This document shows positions 36,190-45,834 of a DNA stretch of 53,327 nucleotides, in pieces. A program made the position numbers and the translations under genes. The stretch comes from an uncultured archaeon (GTDB taxonomy: Archaea > Altiarchaeota > Altiarchaeia > JAFGQM01). The notes beneath the pieces are model-generated. The model saw only the letters and a list, made by a program, of their open reading frames with translations, was not told the origin of the DNA and made no database searches. The stretch is from positions 1-53,327 of the forward strand of contig CAZQBY010000008.1 of NCBI GenBank assembly GCA_964592405.1, written 5' to 3'. Numbering within the stretch: the first letter of the stretch is position 1; the number at the start of each line of letters is the position of its first letter.

Positions 36190-37245
36190 CTAGACGATCT
36201 TATCAACAAAGTCCTCGGCGCTGAATTTCTCCAGATCGTCATAACCTTGACCGGTTCCAAGAAAGATTACGGGCTTTCCGGTGACATAACTGACTGAGAG
36301 TGCTGCCCCTCCCTTGGACGCATCACATTTGGCAAGTATCGTAGCATCGATGCCAATACGCTCGTTGAAAACCTTTGCTTGCTCAACTGCATCATTGCCG
36401 GTGAGTGCATCTCCCACAAATATGCGCAGATCGGGCCTGTTGACTCTGACAATCTTCTCCATCTCACCCATCAGATCTACATCTGACTGCATGCGCCCGG
36501 ACGTATCCGCCAGGACAACATCTATACTATTAGCCTCCGCATGCCTGATGGCATCAAAAACTACCGCTGCAGCATCTCCACCGCGCTGGTGGTGGACCAT
36601 CCGCACACCTACCCTCTCTGCATGTTTACCCAACTGCTCCTGTGCGCCGGCACGGAAGGTATCTCCCGCAGCCACCACGACACTGAGACTCATTTTCTTG
36701 AGCATGTGCGCGATCTTTGCGATGGTCGTGGTCTTACCACAACCATTGATACCAAAGAACACTACCCTGACTGGCTTTTCATGATTTTTCACGAACTCTA
36801 TAAAATCCAGGCCGCCACCTGCTTCAAGGATATCTATAAGTATCTTCCTGAATATCTCCCTGATCTGAGTCCCCGGATCGACAAATTCAGTCGAAGCCAG
36901 CTTCTCTTTGAGCTTCTTGCCAATAGCCTCCGCAACCTCCATAGCCACGTCATTCTGCATCAGCTCCATCTGCAGTTTCCAAGTTATATCGTCGATCTCG
37001 GACTCCCCAAGCTTCGCCCTCCTGCGAATGGCTGTCTTGAGGCGGGTCTTGAAACCAATCTCTATCTTCTTCTCAACGTGCTTTTTCCTCTCTTTTTCAG
37101 GCTCCTTGGGAACCTCCTTTGGGATCTTCCCTTCCTCCTCAGCTTCTTCTTGGAGCTCTCCAATTGGAGCTTCCCCTGCCTTCCTTAGCTTCTCCTCGAC
37201 TTCCTCCTCAGCCTTCTTAAACAACTTCTTTAGACGTCCGAACAT
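36190..37245 (-). CDS. ftsY: Signal recognition particle receptor FtsY
   Basis: GINGCGKTTTIAK, DTFRAGA.EQL, DTSGR, KGGAALS, GTGQGYDDL. Confidence 0.97.
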   Translation of the reverse strand: MFGRLKKLFKKAEEEVEEKLRKAGEAPIGELQEEAEEEGKIPKEVPKEPEKERKKHVEKKIEIGFKTRLKTAIRRRAKLGESEIDDITWKLQMELMQNDVAMEVAEAIGKKLKEKLASTEFVDPGTQIREIFRKILIDILEAGGGLDFIEFVKNHEKPVRVVFFGINGCGKTTTIAKIAHMLKKMSLSVVVAAGDTFRAGAQEQLGKHAERVGVRMVHHQRGGDAAAVVFDAIRHAEANSIDVVLADTSGRMQSDVDLMGEMEKIVRVNRPDLRIFVGDALTGNDAVEQAKVFNERIGIDATILAKCDASKGGAALSVSYVTGKPVIFLGTGQGYDDLEKFSAEDFVDKIV

Positions 37246-37268
37246 CGTGTTTTTAGAAGGGGGTAAGA

Positions 37269-37802
37269 TTAAAGCAGGAAACCTTCTATGAGCTCATACC
37301 TCGGCCCTGCCCGGCTGAGCTCGCTCTTCATAAGCTCAAATGATTCCACTTTGAATTCACCAAACTCCATCCCTTGGTTTTCCCGAATGAAATCTACCAG
37401 ACCCCTCTTGTCATTTGGAAACTTGACCCTTGCCAGAGTAGCATGGGGATGAAAATCCTTATCTTTCTTAAAATCATTTAATTTCAGTATCTCCTCGATT
37501 TTGTTGTGTAATGTAATCACATCCTGCGCGCCCTTCTCACAGCCCGCCCAGACTACGCGTATGTAATCAGGATTTGGAAAGACTCCAACACCCCTGAGTG
37601 AGAGCATAAATGGTTTGTATTGGATAGCTCTGAGTGCCGCAATAAGAGGTTCCGGCCCGGCCTCACCCAGAAACTTGAGTGTTAAATGGATGTTGTTTTC
37701 TTCAACCAGTTTAAGCCTGCCAAACCCTTTTAGGTTTTGTGCAAACTTGAAAAGCCTTTTTTTCAGCCTCTCCGGCAAATTAATGGCCAGAAATAACCTC
37801 AT
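37269..37802 (-). CDS. thpR: RNA 2',3'-cyclic phosphodiesterase (2H family, 2'-5' RNA ligase-like)
   Basis: MRLFLAI, HLTLKFLG, PHATLAR, S.L...GP.Y. Confidence 0.93.
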   Translation of the reverse strand: MRLFLAINLPERLKKRLFKFAQNLKGFGRLKLVEENNIHLTLKFLGEAGPEPLIAALRAIQYKPFMLSLRGVGVFPNPDYIRVVWAGCEKGAQDVITLHNKIEEILKLNDFKKDKDFHPHATLARVKFPNDKRGLVDFIRENQGMEFGEFKVESFELMKSELSRAGPRYELIEGFLL

Positions 37803-37865
37803 CGTTATTCTTGTTTTTGTTATAATTCTAGCTAATAAGAAAAAATAGTCTAAAAAGGTGATAAA

Positions 37866-38252
37866 ATGTTTCCAGGAGGCATGAATCCAAAACAGATGCA
37901 GAAAATGCTGAAGCGAATGGGCATAAGGACAGAAGAAATTGACGCCGAGCGCGTAATAATTGAGTGCACTGGAAGAAATATCATAATCAATGACCCACAG
38001 GTAATACTCACAAGAATGTCTAATCAGGAGGTGTTCCAGATAAGTGGCGAGGTGACAGAAGAAGAAAGGAGTGAAGAAGAATCTGAAGAGATTGAGACGC
38101 GGATAACTGAAGAGGATATTGCCATGGTGGCCGAACAGGCGGGTGTCGGTGAGGTGCAGGCAAAGGAAGCGCTAATTGAAACCCGTGGTGATATCGCTGA
38201 AGCAATACTTAAGCTGAAGGAAAGCAAGCTGGATTCGGATGCCGGCGGTTGA
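37866..38252 (+). CDS. nac: Nascent polypeptide-associated complex protein
   Basis: MNPKQM..M...MGI, NAC domain, UBA-like EDI..VAEQAGV...A..AL....GDIAEAI. Confidence 0.93.
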   Translation: MFPGGMNPKQMQKMLKRMGIRTEEIDAERVIIECTGRNIIINDPQVILTRMSNQEVFQISGEVTEEERSEEESEEIETRITEEDIAMVAEQAGVGEVQAKEALIETRGDIAEAILKLKESKLDSDAGG

Positions 38253-38267
38253 TTCTGGAGGATTATT

Positions 38268-40088
38268 ATGTGTGGAATAGCAGGCTATATAGGAAAGGAA
38301 AGGGCCGTGGAGAAGATATCAGATATGCTTAAGCGGCTTGAATACAGGGGTTATGACTCTGCCGGCATTGCCCTCCTTGATGGAGGCCTCAAAATCTACA
38401 AAGACAGGGGCAAGGTTGAGGGGGTGCTGAAGAAGGTTCCACCAATAAAGGGTCCGGGCGTTGCTCTCGGTCATTCCCGCTGGGCGACACATGGCGAACC
38501 ATCGCAGGCGAATGCACATCCCCACACTGATAACAACAATGAGCTGGCCATAGTCCATAACGGTATAATCGAGAACTATTCTGAACTTCGTACGCGACTA
38601 AGGAAACAGGGCTATCACTTTACCTCGGAAACAGATTCTGAGGTAGTGGTTCATCTGATTAAAGAGGGCCTTAAGACCAAAGACTTTGAACATGCATTTG
38701 TGGATGCCGTAAAGGCACTCAATGGAAGCTTTGCAATTGCAGCAATCTACACGGGCGAGCCGGACAAAATAATGTTCGCGCGCAATGAAAGCCCCCTGCT
38801 GGTGGGACTGGGCAAGGGAGAGAACTTTATAACCTCAGATATACCTGCAATCATAAGCGAGACCCGCAGGTTTCTGGTAGTTGACGATATGGAATATGGG
38901 ATATTAACCAAGGACAATGTTACAATAAGAGACCTCAGGACGGGAAGGGAGATAAAGAAGGCTGTTCATCTGAGTGATCTGAATATAGAGGTTGCAGAGA
39001 AGGGTGGTCATAAACACTTCATGCTCAAGGAAATCCTGGAGGAATCACTCGCTGTAAAGAATGCACTAAGATCTAGGAATATTATAAGGAAAGTGGTGCA
39101 GGAAATAAAGGACTGCAGATCCATCTACCTTGTTGCATGTGGCACAGCATGGCATGCCGGTATGGTCGCACGCTATATGTTTCAGGAGTATGGCGTTCCG
39201 GCCTTTGCCGAAGTGGCCTCAGAGTTCAGATACTCCACAGCCAAGACCTTAAGTGAGGGGGACGTTGTTATATTCATCTCCCAGAGTGGTGAGACTGCAG
39301 ATACCCTTGCAGCAGCAAAGGCCGCCAAAAGATATGGGGCAAAAGCAGTTTCAATAGTCAATGTTGTGGGCTCCTCCCTGACACGTATCTCTGATGCAAA
39401 TATCTACACCTATTCTGGCCCAGAGATTGCTGTTGCTTCGACAAAGGTCTATCTTGGACAACTGACAGCACTCACCATCTTGGTTCTCGAGTTCCTCAGG
39501 GCAAGAGGGAAAATAAGCCAGAATCAACTTGATTCCAAGATGATGGAACTGGAGACCATACCCGCAAAAATAGACTCCATACTGGATAACCAAGAGAGGA
39601 TCAAAGAACTGGCAAAGGTTCTGGAAACAACCGAGGACTATTTCTATATTGCACGCAGGCTGAACTATCCAACAGCCATGGAGGGTGCGCTCAAGCTGAA
39701 GGAGATATCATATCTACATGCAGAGGCATACCCAGGTGGAGAGCTCAAGCATGGTCCGCTGGCTCTCATGGAGGAGAGGGTTTGTGTTGTGGCTGTAAAT
39801 CCTGATGATGACTTAAGGAAAAAAATGGATTCCAATATAAGGGAGGTGCGCTCAAGAAGGGCCAAGGTACTTGAGCTGTGTGAAGGTAAAAACTTTGCAA
39901 TACATAATGGCTCTGGGGGGACAGCCAAAGAGGCAGCTATACGCGTGGTATTACCAAAGACAGATCCCCTGCTGACACCCCTGACCATGATTGTGCCACT
40001 GCATCTTCTGGCCTATTATGTTGCCCTTTCCAAGAATCTGGACATAGATAAGCCAAGGAATCTGGCAAAGAGTGTTACTGTGGAATGA
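38268..40088 (+). CDS. glmS: Glutamine--fructose-6-phosphate aminotransferase
   Basis: MCGI, LEYRGYDSAG, HSRWATHG, SQSGETADT, ELKHGP, PRNLAKSVTVE. Confidence 0.98.
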   Translation: MCGIAGYIGKERAVEKISDMLKRLEYRGYDSAGIALLDGGLKIYKDRGKVEGVLKKVPPIKGPGVALGHSRWATHGEPSQANAHPHTDNNNELAIVHNGIIENYSELRTRLRKQGYHFTSETDSEVVVHLIKEGLKTKDFEHAFVDAVKALNGSFAIAAIYTGEPDKIMFARNESPLLVGLGKGENFITSDIPAIISETRRFLVVDDMEYGILTKDNVTIRDLRTGREIKKAVHLSDLNIEVAEKGGHKHFMLKEILEESLAVKNALRSRNIIRKVVQEIKDCRSIYLVACGTAWHAGMVARYMFQEYGVPAFAEVASEFRYSTAKTLSEGDVVIFISQSGETADTLAAAKAAKRYGAKAVSIVNVVGSSLTRISDANIYTYSGPEIAVASTKVYLGQLTALTILVLEFLRARGKISQNQLDSKMMELETIPAKIDSILDNQERIKELAKVLETTEDYFYIARRLNYPTAMEGALKLKEISYLHAEAYPGGELKHGPLALMEERVCVVAVNPDDDLRKKMDSNIREVRSRRAKVLELCEGKNFAIHNGSGGTAKEAAIRVVLPKTDPLLTPLTMIVPLHLLAYYVALSKNLDIDKPRNLAKSVTVE

Positions 40089-40435
40089 TGAATACATCCA
40101 AGATCAAAAGCCTGCTACCCGGTTCTGAGATAAGCGAGATAAGACCATGTACTGCACCCGGAAAACTGCAGTTTCACCTAATGGTAGGTGGCAGGGGAGA
40201 TCTCATGACGCGTATAGTCGATATATCTATGCTTGCCATCCTCCTTGAGGAGCATCCATTGTTCAGTGATGTTAAAGCTTCTCAGGAACTTGGCGTGGTC
40301 AGGGCGAGGTATAAGGATGTCGAACTCTCAATACTGGCGAGTGGCAGGGCTGTTGTAAAGAAGGTCTCAGACAGGAAAGAGGCTCAGGACATCCTAGAGG
40401 CCCTAGCACCCCTGATCAAGAAGGCCCTTTTTTAG
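40085..40435 (+). CDS. Hypothetical protein, possible TBP-like alpha/beta fold with N-terminal PC motif
   Basis: Overlaps the glmS stop; IRPC... and 'ELSILASGR.VVK......EA' pattern. Confidence 0.6.
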   Translation: MMNTSKIKSLLPGSEISEIRPCTAPGKLQFHLMVGGRGDLMTRIVDISMLAILLEEHPLFSDVKASQELGVVRARYKDVELSILASGRAVVKKVSDRKEAQDILEALAPLIKKALF

Positions 40436-40455
40436 CTAAAGGCTCAAAAACAGGT

Positions 40456-41361
40456 ATGACCCTCTCCGAGAAGGTTTTGGTTCTCAAGGAGGAGAAGAAT
40501 GCAGTAATACTGGCCCACAACTATCAAGTCCCAGAGATACAGGATGTTGCAGATTTTGTGGGGGATTCCCTAGAACTGGCCCGGAGGGCCAAGCAGACAG
40601 ATGCAGATATCATACTCTTCTGTGGTGTGGACTTCATGGCGGAGACTGCCAAAATCCTGAATCCTGAAAAAAAGGTAATTGTTCCAGATCCCGATGCTCA
40701 CTGTCCTATGGCTGGGATGCTCAAACTGGGCTATCTCCGCGAGCTGAAGAGAAGACACCCGGATGCGGCTGTTGTCCTGTATGTCAATACCAAAGCCAGT
40801 GAGAAGGCAGAGTGCGACTGTATCTGCACATCAGCAAATGCTGACAGTATAGTCAATGCTATGGAGTCCGATAAGGTCATCTTTGGGCCGGACCAAAACC
40901 TTGCTTACTATGTGAAAAAAAGAACTGACAAGGAGATTGTTGTTGCACCGCCGAACGGCATGTGCCTCACCCATCACGGCATGACAATGACAAATCTGAT
41001 AAGTGCGAAGGAAGTCCACCCAGAGGCAAAGGTAGTCGTTCATCCAGAGTGCATACCGGAGATACAGGAGAGTGTGGATAAGATTGCTTCCACCTCGGGC
41101 ATACTCAGATACTGTAGGGATTCTGATGCCCGGGAGTTCATAATTGGAACTGAGAACGGGATGCTTTACAGGCTGAGGAAGGAGATACCGAAAAAGAGGT
41201 TCTACCCTCTCTCCAAGGATGCAATCTGCCAGAACATGAAAAAAAACACGCTGGAGAAGGTCTTTCTTGCGCTTCAGAAAGAGGCCCCAGAAATAATTGT
41301 TCCAGAAGAAATACGGCTCAGAGCTGAAAGAGCCATCCAGCGTATGCTTGAACTATCCTAA
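40456..41361 (+). CDS. nadA: Quinolinate synthase A
   Basis: ILAHNYQ, GDSLELA, CGV.FMAE, YVNT, CTSAN, HPEC, C..MK. Confidence 0.97.
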   Translation: MTLSEKVLVLKEEKNAVILAHNYQVPEIQDVADFVGDSLELARRAKQTDADIILFCGVDFMAETAKILNPEKKVIVPDPDAHCPMAGMLKLGYLRELKRRHPDAAVVLYVNTKASEKAECDCICTSANADSIVNAMESDKVIFGPDQNLAYYVKKRTDKEIVVAPPNGMCLTHHGMTMTNLISAKEVHPEAKVVVHPECIPEIQESVDKIASTSGILRYCRDSDAREFIIGTENGMLYRLRKEIPKKRFYPLSKDAICQNMKKNTLEKVFLALQKEAPEIIVPEEIRLRAERAIQRMLELS

Positions 41362-41375
41362 ACAACTTTACGCCC

Positions 41376-41428
41376 TTCCAAAAACCAATTCCAAAAACTA
41401 AAACTAAAACCAATTCCAAAACCAAAAA
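41376..41428. repeat. Low-complexity TTCCAAAA(A)C[CT]AA repeats after nadA
   Basis: Three imperfect TTCCAAAA units interspersed with AAAACT. Confidence 0.6.
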
Positions 41429-41453
41429 TTCTCTTAATTTTAATTGGATATTC

Positions 41454-41560
41454 TTTTAAATATATCCGGAGTTTCGTAATCTGATATTTTTATCGGACAC
41501 GACTCTTCGATTACTCTGGAAACACAAAGAGGACAGTCTGGCATTTGGAGGATGCCAGAT
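41454..41560 (+). promoter_or_regulatory. TATA-like box plus nested inverted repeats upstream of the glucan operon
   Basis: TTTTAAATATA 41454-41464; inverted repeats 41465-72/41513-20, 41480-86/41491-97 and 41537-44/41552-59. Confidence 0.5.
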
Positions 41561-41570
41561 ACATTCGTAA

Positions 41571-42722
41571 ATGGACATACTAATGGTCGGGTGGGAATTC
41601 CCACCATTCTATACTGGAGGATTGGGCATCCATTGTTATCATCTAACACGAAACCTAAGTTCACGGGGAATCAACATAACCTTTCTGATGCCAAAGAACC
41701 CATATCATCCGAAATGTGATTACATGAAAATAGTTGAAGTAGACTCTTCCTTTATACCCGGCCCATATGCCACTCTTCAGAAGGTGGGCGAAAACTATGG
41801 CGGCAACCTTTTTGATAACATCTGGAAGTATAACAATCTCTGTCTGGCATATGCCCTCCAAGAGAAATTTGATATCATACACTGCCATGATTGGATGACG
41901 GCCATAGCTGGTATAGCAATAAAAAAGGCAACCGGAAAACCACTGGTTGTCACAATCCATTCTACAGAATATGACCGGACAGGAAACCTATCCCCAAATC
42001 CTTGGGTTCTGGACAGAGAAAAAAATATTGTTCAGGCCGCAGATGTCATAATAACAGTCAGTGAGGCTATGAAGAGACAACTCATTGAGAGATTTGGAGC
42101 TAGTCCCAGCAAGATAGTGGTGATATACAATGCTATAGACCACGAGAACTGGGCAATACAACAGGTCAGGGGACGTTTCCCAAACGAGAAGATAGTACTG
42201 TTTTTGGGGAGGCTAACACTCCAGAAGGGTCCAGACTTTTTCCTCAAGGCTGCTAAGAAAGTGCTTGAGAAAGAGGAAAATGTTACATTTGTCATAGGAG
42301 GTAGAGGGGATATGCTCCCTCAACTTATACAACAGGCAATAGAACTGGGTATCTCGGACAAGGTCATGTTTCTAGGCTATGTTCCGGATGATGAGCTTCC
42401 ACGACTTTATTCTGCTGCTGATGTTTTTGTTCTCTCTTCAGTCTCCGAGCCATTCGGCATAACTGCCCTAGAAGCGATTGCATCTGGCACGCCCACCATA
42501 ATAACAAAACAAAGCGGTGTTAGAGAAATAGTGAGACATGCATTTGCCGTGGATTTCTGGGATATTGATGAAATGGCCAATAAGATACTGGCTCTTATTA
42601 CATACTCCTCACTCCACAAGTCCATGAGGGAGAATGGAAGAAGGGAGATATCCAGATACACATGGGAAAAAGTAGCCCGTGAGACCATAGAAAAAGCCTA
42701 CTCCCGAGTAGCCCATTTATGA
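41571..42722 (+). CDS. Glycosyltransferase family 4 (glycogen-synthase-like, alpha-glucan locus)
   Basis: GWEFPP...GGLG.H, HCHDWMT, HSTE.DR, GRLT.QKG, SEPFGI.ALEA. Confidence 0.9.
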   Translation: MDILMVGWEFPPFYTGGLGIHCYHLTRNLSSRGINITFLMPKNPYHPKCDYMKIVEVDSSFIPGPYATLQKVGENYGGNLFDNIWKYNNLCLAYALQEKFDIIHCHDWMTAIAGIAIKKATGKPLVVTIHSTEYDRTGNLSPNPWVLDREKNIVQAADVIITVSEAMKRQLIERFGASPSKIVVIYNAIDHENWAIQQVRGRFPNEKIVLFLGRLTLQKGPDFFLKAAKKVLEKEENVTFVIGGRGDMLPQLIQQAIELGISDKVMFLGYVPDDELPRLYSAADVFVLSSVSEPFGITALEAIASGTPTIITKQSGVREIVRHAFAVDFWDIDEMANKILALITYSSLHKSMRENGRREISRYTWEKVARETIEKAYSRVAHL

Positions 42723-42741
42723 GTATTTTCCTTCTAAAAAC

Positions 42742-43947
42742 ATGATGGCATCCATATGCATGTATTTTCAGGTACATCAGCCACACCGCCTTGACAGATA
42801 TACTTTTTTCGATGTTGGAACAGGTAAGTCATACTTCAATGAAGCCCGAAACAGGGAGATATTCGAACGTGTCGCTCGCAAATGTTACTATCCAACGAAT
42901 GAGATTCTCAGACGCCTCATAAATCAGACAGATGGTGCCTTCAGGGTATCCTTCAGTCTAACCGGAACCTTCATAGAACAATGCCTAAAATATGATCCCG
43001 GAGTATTGGAGAGTTTTCAGCAGCTTTTCGATACTGGTTATGTTGATATCCTGAGTGAAACATACTACCACTCACTTGCCTATCTTATCTCCAAAGACGA
43101 ATTTAGGGATCAGGTGAAGGAACACCGAAGGGTCATAAGGGAACATTTTGATTACAAACCCGTGGTTTTCAGAAATACAGAGGCCATGTACAACAATGAG
43201 CTTGCCCGGGAGGTGGAAGCCATGGGATACAAGGGGATAGTCGCTGAGGGCTGGGATTATTATTTGGGGTGGCGGAGCCCCAATTATGTCTATACTCCTC
43301 TGGGCTGTAAAAAGCTAAAGCTCATGATGCGAAACTACCGGCTGAGTGATGATATCTCCTTCCGATTTTCAACCCATACTTGGAAGGAATATCCGCTGAC
43401 TGCCGACAAATATGCCTCATGGCTTTCAGCCAATCAGGGCCAGATAATCAATCTCTTTATGGATTATGAGACATTTGGTGAGCATCAGTGGGCGGAGACA
43501 GGCATATTTGAATTTTTGAATCACCTTCCCAACGAGATATTGAAGTATCCACATCTGGACTTCAAGACCACCCGTGATGTTGTGGAATGCTATGATCCGG
43601 TTGATGTTATAGATATTCACAATTTCTCATCATGGGCGGATGTTGACCGCGATTTGACTGCTTGGCTCGGTAATGAGATGCAGCAGGATGCCTTTCACAA
43701 GCTGAAAAGTTTTGAACAGAGAGTCAAGGCAGCAGCTAGCAAGGAGCTTCTTAAGATATGGAGAACCCTGCAGACTTCAGACCATTTTTACTACATGTGC
43801 ACAAAGTGGTTTGCAGACGGCGATATACATAAATACTTCAATGATTATGATACTCCATATGACGCTTTCACGAACTTCATGAATGTACTTTCAGATTTCA
43901 AAAGAAGGATTGAACTTATTAACGCCTCCCCGTCTCGGGCAACCTAA
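42742..43947 (+). CDS. Glycoside hydrolase family 57 (alpha-amylase-like)
   Basis: FQVHQP, ETYYHSL, FRNTE (nucleophile), MDYETFGEH (acid/base), SWAD, QTSDHFYYM. Confidence 0.93.
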   Translation: MMASICMYFQVHQPHRLDRYTFFDVGTGKSYFNEARNREIFERVARKCYYPTNEILRRLINQTDGAFRVSFSLTGTFIEQCLKYDPGVLESFQQLFDTGYVDILSETYYHSLAYLISKDEFRDQVKEHRRVIREHFDYKPVVFRNTEAMYNNELAREVEAMGYKGIVAEGWDYYLGWRSPNYVYTPLGCKKLKLMMRNYRLSDDISFRFSTHTWKEYPLTADKYASWLSANQGQIINLFMDYETFGEHQWAETGIFEFLNHLPNEILKYPHLDFKTTRDVVECYDPVDVIDIHNFSSWADVDRDLTAWLGNEMQQDAFHKLKSFEQRVKAAASKELLKIWRTLQTSDHFYYMCTKWFADGDIHKYFNDYDTPYDAFTNFMNVLSDFKRRIELINASPSRAT

Positions 43948-43956
43948 GCCAACACC

Positions 43957-45765
43957 TCAATCCTTTTTACTCCTCTTCTTGACCCTTTCCAAAGCCATCC
44001 CATAAGCACTTATGTAGTTGTTTATAAGGTTGCTCCAATCAGCCACTTCTGAAAGGCGCTTGGCTTCTATCTTCTTCTGGACCCGCTCCTTGCGCGTTGT
44101 ATGCAGTATGAAGTGCATGTGTTCCACCAGTTGTTTGATGGCCTTTTTATCGCCCTTCACCCTGTCCAACACAAATATAGCCGATTTGTCCTCTTTGACA
44201 TAATCCTCTATAAATCTGCCGAATCCTGCCTGATTGGTTGTAACTGAGGGTACTGCCATTGCTGCAGTCTCCAGCGGAGTGTAACCCCATGGCTCGTAAT
44301 AGGAGGGAAATATCCCGAGGTGGCATCCGGTTACTGCATCATTATAATTGAGGTTCAGAAGCCCGTCAGCTGATGAGAGATAGGCTGGATAATATATCAC
44401 CTTGACCCGATCATCCTTGCTGTTATTAAGACCTTTCTCTCGTAGCAGCTTCATTATAAGATCATTTGGATCCGACAGCTCAAGCGCACATATTGGGGGG
44501 GCCTTCCCGGACTTTGAGCGCATTCGCACTATCATCTGTTTTAGGTTATAAAGGAATGACTTGTCAAAAATATTTGTCTTAGTAGGCAGGTTACCCGTGC
44601 AGACCGACTCAAGTATATGTTCACGTATCTCATCTAGGTTTTCCAACACCTCGTCCTCAATGGAATCAAAGAGAGCCAGGTTATCCAACACCTCCAGATT
44701 TCCGCCCTTCGTCTGGGCAGGTATCCAAAGAAAAACCACAGCAGTTTTCTTTGATTTTTCCTCCTTCAGACGCTGATTGAGTATTCTAAGTGCCTCCAAG
44801 AGTATGTCAAACCCCTTGTTGTGATATTCATATCTCCCAGATGTGAAGAAGTAGAGGCAGTTCTTTGTATCGATTTCATAATAGGGAGAGAAGAACGACA
44901 TGACAAAGTGTTTTATCCTCCGGCGGAACTCTCTGTGTGAGACACTAAGCTCCTCCATTGATGGATAATTGTCGATCGCCAGTCCATTGAGTGTGAGTGC
45001 ATCCGGATATCTGCCAAGTATGTATTCTGCTTCATCAGCTGTAACCTTGCTTACTGTTGTGAAGACATCAGCATTCTGTGCACAAGCCTTTTCAAGAGTA
45101 TGTATTGCTTCTATCCCATAGGCTTTGGCATATTCGTCTTTGACAACTTTTTTGAGCTTTATACCTTCGCTTACTTTGCCCATTAAGTCCTCTCCTCTCT
45201 CGGCCATTGTGCGGCCCAAAGTGGTTGCATGGGTAGTGAAGACCAGACCTGCCGTTACATTTGCTGACCTGAGGTGAAGCAGGCCTGCTCCACTTAACCA
45301 CTCATGGAACTGACATATCACCTGTTCATCCCTGAACTCCTTAAGCTTAAGAATTCTTTCCAGCATTATCCCCACAGCCTTGCTCCAGACAACCGAGTCA
45401 TTGAACAGTGTATCAGATCTTAGTGAGTCCACCCCATACTCCAGCCACAGATTGGTCTTGATATCATTTATTTTTCTCTTAAGTCCTATTGGATCAACAA
45501 GCATACAGTTGACTCTATCAGCCCTTAGCCATCTTCCATATGTGCATTTTATCCCCTGCATCTCAAGATCTAGGCAGAGTTTATGAAAGGGGCCCTCGTC
45601 GACCTCCTCAAAATCCACAGAAACGCTCTTTGGGTCATACGGGCCGATAGCATAGTATTCCTTGAATCTCTTTCTCATCTGTGGAGCTTTAGAGGCTATG
45701 ACTGCATATATGCCGCCTACTTTATGTGCAACCTCGTTAGATACCTCAAAAACGATAGCGTCCAT
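43957..45765 (-). CDS. Glycogen synthase, GT3 family
   Basis: FEVS.EVAHKVGGIY, FHEWL, FTTHAT.LGR, SGRYEY.NKG.D, FPSYYEPWGYTP.E. Confidence 0.93.
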   Translation of the reverse strand: MDAIVFEVSNEVAHKVGGIYAVIASKAPQMRKRFKEYYAIGPYDPKSVSVDFEEVDEGPFHKLCLDLEMQGIKCTYGRWLRADRVNCMLVDPIGLKRKINDIKTNLWLEYGVDSLRSDTLFNDSVVWSKAVGIMLERILKLKEFRDEQVICQFHEWLSGAGLLHLRSANVTAGLVFTTHATTLGRTMAERGEDLMGKVSEGIKLKKVVKDEYAKAYGIEAIHTLEKACAQNADVFTTVSKVTADEAEYILGRYPDALTLNGLAIDNYPSMEELSVSHREFRRRIKHFVMSFFSPYYEIDTKNCLYFFTSGRYEYHNKGFDILLEALRILNQRLKEEKSKKTAVVFLWIPAQTKGGNLEVLDNLALFDSIEDEVLENLDEIREHILESVCTGNLPTKTNIFDKSFLYNLKQMIVRMRSKSGKAPPICALELSDPNDLIMKLLREKGLNNSKDDRVKVIYYPAYLSSADGLLNLNYNDAVTGCHLGIFPSYYEPWGYTPLETAAMAVPSVTTNQAGFGRFIEDYVKEDKSAIFVLDRVKGDKKAIKQLVEHMHFILHTTRKERVQKKIEAKRLSEVADWSNLINNYISAYGMALERVKKRSKKD

Positions 45766-45834
45766 TCCTCCAGATAGTATGGCTGTATGCTAATATGCTC
45801 TTAGCAGAATAAAAACTTCCGGGGCCAGTCTGCA

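Noticed and set aside
37269-37802. Functional RNA-repair pairing of thpR with the RtcB-like gene
   Set aside because: They are about 36 kb apart with different composition, and thpR sits in ordinary housekeeping context
21359-41428. CRISPR array or IS ends suggested by short repeats at 21359, 24260 and 41376
   Set aside because: Only 2-3 adjacent copies with no unique spacers; no cas, transposase or integrase gene in the window
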